DNA of 64,000 bases from Auanema rhodensis (lineage: Eukaryota; Animalia; Nematoda): positions 6,510,001 through 6,574,000 of the forward strand of contig OZ059898.1 in assembly GCA_964057225.1 (NCBI GenBank), read 5' to 3'. A model generated the notes under the pieces. That model did not search any database. It was not told the origin of the DNA and saw nothing but the letters and a program-made list of their open reading frames with translations. Made by a program: the position numbers and the translations under genes. Below are positions 56,578 through 64,000 of this stretch, piece after piece. The first letter of the stretch is position 1; each line of letters starts with the position of its first letter.

Positions 56578-58409
56578 ATGAAAGTTGCTATTCTCATTTT
56601 TGCTATAGTGCGTAAGTTGGCTCTTTTCTTGTTTTCAAATTTTAATTTTTCTTGTCAGAATTTGGTCACGCTTTCGATGGGTCAACGTTAGCATCAACAA
56701 CTGCACCCCCCGAAACAGAGCCCGATACCGATTCAAGCGATTCATGGACACCCGAGCCGACAAGCGTATCATGGACACCCGAGTCGACAAGCGTATCATG
56801 GACACCCGAGTCGACAAGCGTAACATGGACATCCGAGTCGACAAGCGTAACATGGACAGAGTATCCAACGACAACGGAAGGTTATCCTTCAAATTATAGT
56901 GGACCTGGATGTGGAACGTTGGTTTATTGAAATATTTGCTTGAAACCCGAATTGAATTGTAGATGTGCCCCTGCAACAGTTTGGAACGATGTTATATATT
57001 TGATCGATTCATCTGCTGCATCCACACGAAAAAACTTGGGAGATGTAAGCTCATTAAAAATAATATTTATATTATATATGAGCCTACATATTTTTATTTT
57101 AATATTTGCAGATGTGGACTTATATCTTAACTGTTAGTCAAAGTTTCAATATTCAAACACGAGACACTAATCAGCAGCAGGTTTTTTGAATTAATATTTT
57201 TTATTTGTTACAAATATTCTTAAGCATATGCGTGTTGGAGTTCTTGCTTATTCTGATCAAGTAAGGCTATTGGCACCGTTAGGAAGTATGACTTACGACG
57301 ATATGATGAACTTAGATGTTCCTTACATGGGAGGAGGAGAAGCTGGTACTAATATTGAAGGGTATGTTGTAACGCTGTATGAATGCTTATGCTCATGTTT
57401 TTCTAGAGCTATCCAGGCTGCTACTGAACAATTTGAAAGTAGTGATCATAGAGCTAATGCTCGAAAAGTTATTGTTCTTATTGCACCTGATTACAAGTAA
57501 GTATTACCCTTTACACCTTGATTATGATTTCTCTTCGAGTCCTGCGGGTAGCAGTGCTCCTCAAAAAGTAGCCAACACGTTCAAAGCTGACGGAGGAATT
57601 TTAATTGTATTGGGTGCGTATTCTTTATGTTTCGAATCTTGACTTGAAATTTTGAATTATATTTATAATAATAATATACTTAAGAATATCAGCCAGCCGG
57701 AGGAGAACCAGCTCTTGGACTTAAGGAACTCTCTTCTCCTGACTATTTTTTGAGAAGTGTTACAGCATCTATTGACGATATGATCCAAGCGCAATGTGAT
57801 GGTAAATTTGTTGACATATAATGGAATATAAACGAACGATTCAGCTAATTGTGTTTGTGCTAATAACTGGCAGCAATATGGAAGTAGTTATCGCAATGCC
57901 CCATCCAATGGTAATTTACATTTTGTACGAACTGAGATATGTTTTTTTTTGTTAGGATGCTATTTCCCGGTTGATTTGCAAGGATCTTTTGCTTTGGCTA
58001 ATAGAAATTGTAGGGTTAACTACCAAGGTTCTTATCTTGCTTCAGTTCAAAATTATGATAAACAACGGTTCTTAAAGTCATGTAAGGATTTGTATTAATT
58101 AAAAATAATACATATTAACTTGTAGTAATGCCAAATAACTTCTTGATCGGTTTATCGGTGACCAACGGAAGGACCGTATGGGCTGATGGTACTCCTGTAA
58201 GTTTAATTTTATATGACGGTAGAAGAATAGCTCTAATTTAGCTTGGTTACTATCATCCCTATCAAAATAATGCAATTTCTTCTGGCCAATCTGTGTATAT
58301 TTCGACTTCTGGAGACAGTTGGATTACCACAATGAATCGTAGCCCATACTGGTATATATGCGAAGGAGCTCCATGTTCTTCCAACAAGTATTGTGATATT
58401 CAACAATAA
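56578..58409 (+). CDS. Secreted mucin-repeat + VWA + C-type lectin protein
   Basis: Signal peptide, T/S repeat, VWNDVIYLIDSS, MRVGVLAYSD, RANARKVIVLI, QAQCDANCVC, C-type lectin ending WYICEGAPCSSNKYC. Confidence 0.88.
56734..56860 (+). repeat. Coding 27-bp tandem repeat (about 4.7 copies) encoding TSVSWTPES
   Basis: CAAGCG recurs at 56734, 56761, 56788, 56815 and 56842. Confidence 0.93.
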
Positions 58410-58746
58410 TATAATAATACTTTGTAATCATGTGAATAATAGCAAAGATGATTATTTTCAATAAAATGTAATGTATGACAATTTTATGTATTGAATATCT
58501 ACAACACCAAAGCTATTCTAATTGTTTATAAAAATGATGAGTCACACGATGATATCACATATACGAAAATGCAGTACTAATTACATTTTTACAGCTTATG
58601 AACATTTTTCTTTATCAGTTAATTTGATAAGTCTTTCTTTTCGTCATTTTATGTCATTTATTTTGCTGATAACGCCTTTTTTTTTGATAAAATATAATCA
58701 TTTTGCTGTATTAATTAAAATTTATTATACTCATTTATGGATGAAA

Positions 58747-60484
58747 TTAGAAATTTTTACAGTACTGGTTACTGCTACATGGACTCCCTTCACAAACGTA
58801 CCAAAATGCTTGTCGACAGTCAATAGGAAGCCAATATGAACTGTTTTGAGGTATAAGCAAGCATTCAGAAGGCAATGGCTCTTTCACCCATGGATGATAA
58901 TCTCCAAGCTGAAATTTTAAGGTTTATCAAGAACTTAAAATTTTCATATTTCACGTTTTGTCCATCTGCCCAAATCCATTTTCCATTCAAATTACGGAGT
59001 CCAAGAAGAAAATCATTACCTAATAACACTGGAATAATATTAAAATGAATTAAGAAGAATTAAAAAACCAATAAACTACATTTCTTCATGAATAGTTGTT
59101 TTTCTAACGTTTCAACTGATGCCAAATTAAAATTATTATAATTGTTTTGGCAATTTCGGTTGGCTAGTTTGTATGAAGCAGGTAATTCAATTGCATAGTA
59201 ACAACCTGCAAGTATATCATATATAGTTTAAAATTAAAATTCTATATTTAATTACCATGTAATGGAGTATTACGTTCACTGGATATGAAAGAAACATAAT
59301 TTTTTGAGCAAAAACAGTTAGCTTATTTAAGAATAAGGATTATTCAATATTTTAAATTGATTATCTTACCGTCACAGTAAGCTTGCACCATATCATTTAC
59401 AGTTGAATTGCCTGAAAAAAAGAAATATCCTGCGCTTGCTAATTCTCGTAATTGAAATATTGGTGTTCCTCCATATGGAGTATAATCTATAATCATAATC
59501 TATCTTATTTAAAGATATCTATATATTTGTCATAAGTACCATAAACAATAAATATTCCTCCATTTTCTTGAAAAGTGATTGCTTCTTTTTTTGGAGCAAG
59601 TTCACCATTTGGTCTTCAATAAAACTTTTTAAAGCATCTTATGTAATTATAGTTTTACCTATATGATACACTTAATAAAACAATTACTTTTCGAGATCCG
59701 ACTCTTCCATTCGAACTGAACTGTCTTTCAGCTGTACGGATAGCTCTAAAGCATTTTTATATTGTTTTTAAACTTAATATGAAACAACTTACTCAAGTAT
59801 GTTAGTTCCTTCTTCACCGCCACCCATATAAGGAATTTTAAGACCACGCATTCCATTATAATCTACAGTACCTAATGGAGAAATTATTTGGACTTGATCG
59901 GAAAAGGTAATAACACCAACTTGCATGTAATTCTAAAACATTTTTTTACTATTCTCCTTATACTTGTTTTTGCTTACAGGATTGGCGTAACCTTTTTTCT
60001 GTATATTAAACGATTCGCTCACTTTGAGAACAAATGTCCACACCTACATATAATAATCATTGTTTTTGTATTTTGTAAGTTAATTATCATGTAATTCATT
60101 TAATTTCAATATCTTGCAATTCTTTTCAACTTACATCTCCAACATTATGTTGTTGTGTTGCAACAGATGATTCAATCAGATATATAACATCATTCCATAC
60201 ATTACTTGTATTACACCTTAAATCTCAGATTGATTGTAAGAAATTCTTTAATATTTCAAATACATACTGTCCGCATGTAGGACCCTGATATGGCTCATTT
60301 TGCAAATGTACTATTCCATCATCAGCCACGCCCAAACAATCTATTTATTTATTCAAACACAAACTACTGAATTACCCGCTACATGTTGTAAACATAAGAG
60401 ATGATCTGAAAATTAATTTTAAAAAATAAAATGTGTGTTAAACTTACTGAGCACTAAACTTATTAAAAAATATATATAAACCAT
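58747..60484 (-). CDS. Secreted VWA + C-type lectin protein (paralog 2)
   Basis: VWNDVIYLIESS, MQVGVITFSD, RVGSRKVIVLL, QAYCDANCFC, ends WYVCEGSPCSSNQYCKNF; exon pattern resembles its neighbours. Confidence 0.85.
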
Positions 60485-61190
60485 CAGTCAATACATCTGA
60501 AAAGATTCAGTGATGTCTTATCACTAATACTTTAAGAGAATTATTAGAACATGTGCACATTTAAAAAAAATGTTTATGTGATATTGATTATAAACTATTT
60601 TTTAAATTTGTTATTGAATAAGAAATGTTTTTCAATTAATCTTTTATATTATTTAGTAATATTGTAATATTATTATCATTTCATACGATCATATCATATA
60701 CAGTCATGTGCGATGAAAAAAACTTTTTTAATTTCAACAATTTTGTGAGTTCATATAGTATATATTCAGTATCAAACATGATTTTTTGATTCTTTTAAAT
60801 TTTTTTAAAATTCATTTAACACTCAAAATATATTTTCTCTGAATTTTTGTAGTTTGTCTGAGAATATATAAGGGTTTCTAGTGGGTATCCGATTTTGTAA
60901 GTGCCGTATAGAATTTTGTTCAAAATTAAAATAAAAATTATTAATATTCAAGTAAAAAATATTTTTGAAGCGTTCTTGTTCATATATTTCATTCGTCTCA
61001 AGATATGAATTGTTGGTTAGTCAAGCAATCATAGATAGCCATGAAGAAGATATGAAATAAAGTAGAATTCTGTAAAACCAGAAAAGAAATTAAAAAGATT
61101 GATAAGATAATAGATTTCTTTAAAATAATTGGATATGGGCAGTATAATATTTTTGATATTTGATAAAACTTTTGTTTGGAACTATAAGGG

Positions 61191-64000
61191 ATGATGCGAC
61201 GTGTAGTCGTATATTTCCTTTATCTATTAGCTCCGCTTTTCGTATGTAAGTTGTTTAAGTATATATTAAGTTGGTCGACAAGTTTTGTCGTTTTTCACTC
61301 TGTTTTCAATAAGCTATAACTTTTGCTAGATTCAATTTTTTTGATCGAATACATTCAAAACAAAAACGACATTAACCTAATAAACATTGTTTTATACTTA
61401 GAGAGAGCATACATAAAACTATAACAAAATTATGTTATTTAATATGTAACAAAGAATAATAAAAAGAATTTTAACATACTTTAGCGTGTTCAAAATGGGC
61501 TTGTCCACCTAAGACAGGGCAAGCATGTGTTGAACCTGGAGGTGCTGTCTTCATTTTAGATACAACCTCGTACATGACAAAGACAGATATTGCTAATGTG
61601 TGTTTAATTAGAAAAATTAACTTTAATAATAAATATTTTAGCAATTTACATATGTACGTTCAGATATATTTCCATTTTTGCCCACCTATAATATATCTGT
61701 AAGTTATAATATATTGTATATATTCATATATTTAAAAATAAAATATAGATTGCTCTTATGAGTTATGGAACTGGAAATACAAATACAAATCCATTTACAA
61801 ATGAAGTTAATGAAGCATGTGTTATGCTTGATACTCTTCAGAATGCTAATATTGAGCAAGGATCATATAAGACATCATTAGTTGAGTAAGTATTACTTAT
61901 TGTATGTTCGAATATTTCTTTTTTTTTTCAGTGTTTTAAAAGTGTATAAAGCTTTATATCATGATGATGATCGAACACTGTATGATGGTAGTCCTTTTCC
62001 TGTTTTTTTATTCAGTGCTTCGACGTTAGTTTTTAATATATTGTTAAATAAATATTATAAAATTATAGCGATCTTAAAGATATTCAATTAGCATCTAATT
62101 ATGCCAAACGATTTCTTCCTGATGTTCAATTCAATCTGATTGCTATTGGTGATGCTGAAGCTGCTTTTGAAAATGTTTAATTTAAAATCTTTTTAAAATC
62201 TAAAAACTCATTATAGAATTTCCCATACGCTATCCTTTATTCATTTGATTACCTAATGACTAAAGTTGATTTTCATGTTTGTCTCAAAGCCCTTATGTGT
62301 GGATATCTGAAACAATGTAATTCTTATAAATCAGAAGATTTTTTTCATTTGTTTAGGTGATGCGCAAGCATCAACTGCGTTTTTCACTGTCATGGTCGTA
62401 ACAGATAGTGTGACAACCACCGAGGTCGTGACAACTCCTACGACAAGAGCAATGGATACAACACCATCAAGTACATCAAGACCAACTTTGCCACCAACAA
62501 CGAAAGCTGCTACTACTCCGGTTCCTACTATTACTAACTCAACTGGAGCTTGTGAGTACGTAAAAAGTTGTTGAAGAATCCTGTTCTATCATGCGCATTT
62601 TGATAGATGTGATCCTGCTAAAGTTTGGAATGATGTCATTTACCTTGTTGAATCATCTGATGCATCAGGCAGAAAAAATTTGGAAGATGTAAGCTATTAT
62701 CTTATTTATCCTTCTTTACATTTTTTTTAGATTTGGACATATATTCAATCTATTAGTACGTATTATAACATTCAAAAGAGTAATTACTCAGCAACCGTAT
62801 GTTTCACATTAAAAACAAATAGATTTTTTTTAAATTTTAGGATAATTATATGCGTGTTGGTATCATTTTATACTCCGATGATGCTCATCTTGTAGCTCCA
62901 TTAGGAACACTTGATTATAATGATATATTTAATATGGAACTTCCATACATTAGTGGAGCAAAGGATGGTCCAAATATTGCAGCGTTAGGCACAACAGATT
63001 TTATTACAAAAACAAAAACAATTATAGTGGGATACTAATGGCTTATAATCAATTTTCTGAAAACTATGAGCGCCCAAATACTAAAAAAGTTATCGTATTA
63101 ATCGGATCTACATACAAGTATAATTAATATTTTATAAAAATTAAAATATTTTTCATTTAAAGTTATTTGTTAGGCTATATTTCATAATACTTCTTTGATT
63201 TAGTCATGATAATAAGGATTCACCCCAAAAAGTAATGGATGAGTTTCATGAAGATAGTGGAATCTCTATTGTTCTTAGTAAGTGTCATTCATTTCTTGTA
63301 TACAAACTTTATAAAAATTTTTTTTTTGTGTTTAGACTATATACCAGTAAATGGATTCCCAGCTCCCTTTTTCGAACAACTTGCATCACCTGGCTATTTT
63401 CTAAATTCCGAAGTTAATACAGTAGCTGATATGCTACAAGCTCAATGTGATGGTAAACATCTACATACATTTATTTCTTCAAGAAATATTTTATATTTAA
63501 GCAAACTGCTTCTGTCGAAATAATTTTCATTACATCCCAAAGGGTACTAGAAAACTTCCAACACACGGTGATCAAAGTTTTACTTACGTATTAAACATAT
63601 GTTTTAGGTTGTTTAATGGGTGTTGATTTACAAGGAAATTATGCCCTTGCTGAAAGAAATTGCCGAAATAACTACTATGGAGCCCACTTTCCTATAGTAG
63701 ATTCAGAAGAAATAGACTTATTCTTATCCAATAGTAAACTGTTTCTTCTTCAATATTAATATGTTTTTTTAATAATTTTCAGTGACACTACAATCATATT
63801 ACATTGGATTAAGTCTTAAGTCAGATGGAACATGGAGATGGGATGATGGAACACCTGTTAGTTATCTTTACATAACTCGAATATTACTATTATGTTTTAT
63901 TTGCAGCTTGGATCATATAGACCATGGGTAGTTCCAGCTACAACTGATAGTAGAGATGGTGCATGTGCAATTGCGCTTAAAGGTGGTAGAACTGGATGGG
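61191..64000 (+). CDS. Secreted VWA + Thr-rich linker + VWA + C-type lectin protein (paralog 3, runs off the window end)
   Basis: Signal peptide, first VWA (AVFILDTTS, IALMSYG), Thr-rich stalk, second VWA (VWNDVIYLVESS, MRVGIILYSD), QAQCDANCFC, YIGLS..WRWDDGTP. Confidence 0.85.

Noticed and set aside
56734-56860. CRISPR-like array
   Set aside because: Head-to-tail coding repeats without unique spacers, in a eukaryotic gene.

Overview
Eukaryotic, AT-rich, gene-dense DNA from a rhabditid (C. elegans-like) nematode. The species cannot be fixed from sequence alone. The ORF track is fragmented because almost every gene is split by many 38-50 nt introns, so gene models were rebuilt by hand from splice sites and recalled protein similarity; internal exon boundaries are approximate. 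Gene order: 5' half of the Hox gene mab-5 (-; homeobox exon lies left of the window), cox-6A, acatalytic carbonic anhydrase (cah-1-like), mml-1/MondoA, aldo-1, NAA80, WDR37, ced-6, ucr-1, ddx-15, a sepiapterin-reductase-like SDR, fem-2, eIF2B-alpha, a PDIA5-like protein, a divergent RMD/TPR-like gene, daz-1, a CEP104-like gene, ndc-80 and three VWA/C-type-lectin genes. No transposon, rRNA, tRNA or telomere array was recognised. Best leads: (1) a 517-nt aldolase intron full of stems and sno/scaRNA-like boxes, a candidate unannotated intronic RNA; (2) mini-introns that tolerate AAG and GAG acceptors and weak donors, apparently defined largely by length; (3) MondoA head-to-head with aldolase around a ChoRE/HRE-like element; (4) an apparent true sepiapterin reductase; (5) mab-5 with no Hox neighbour in about 59 kb upstream.
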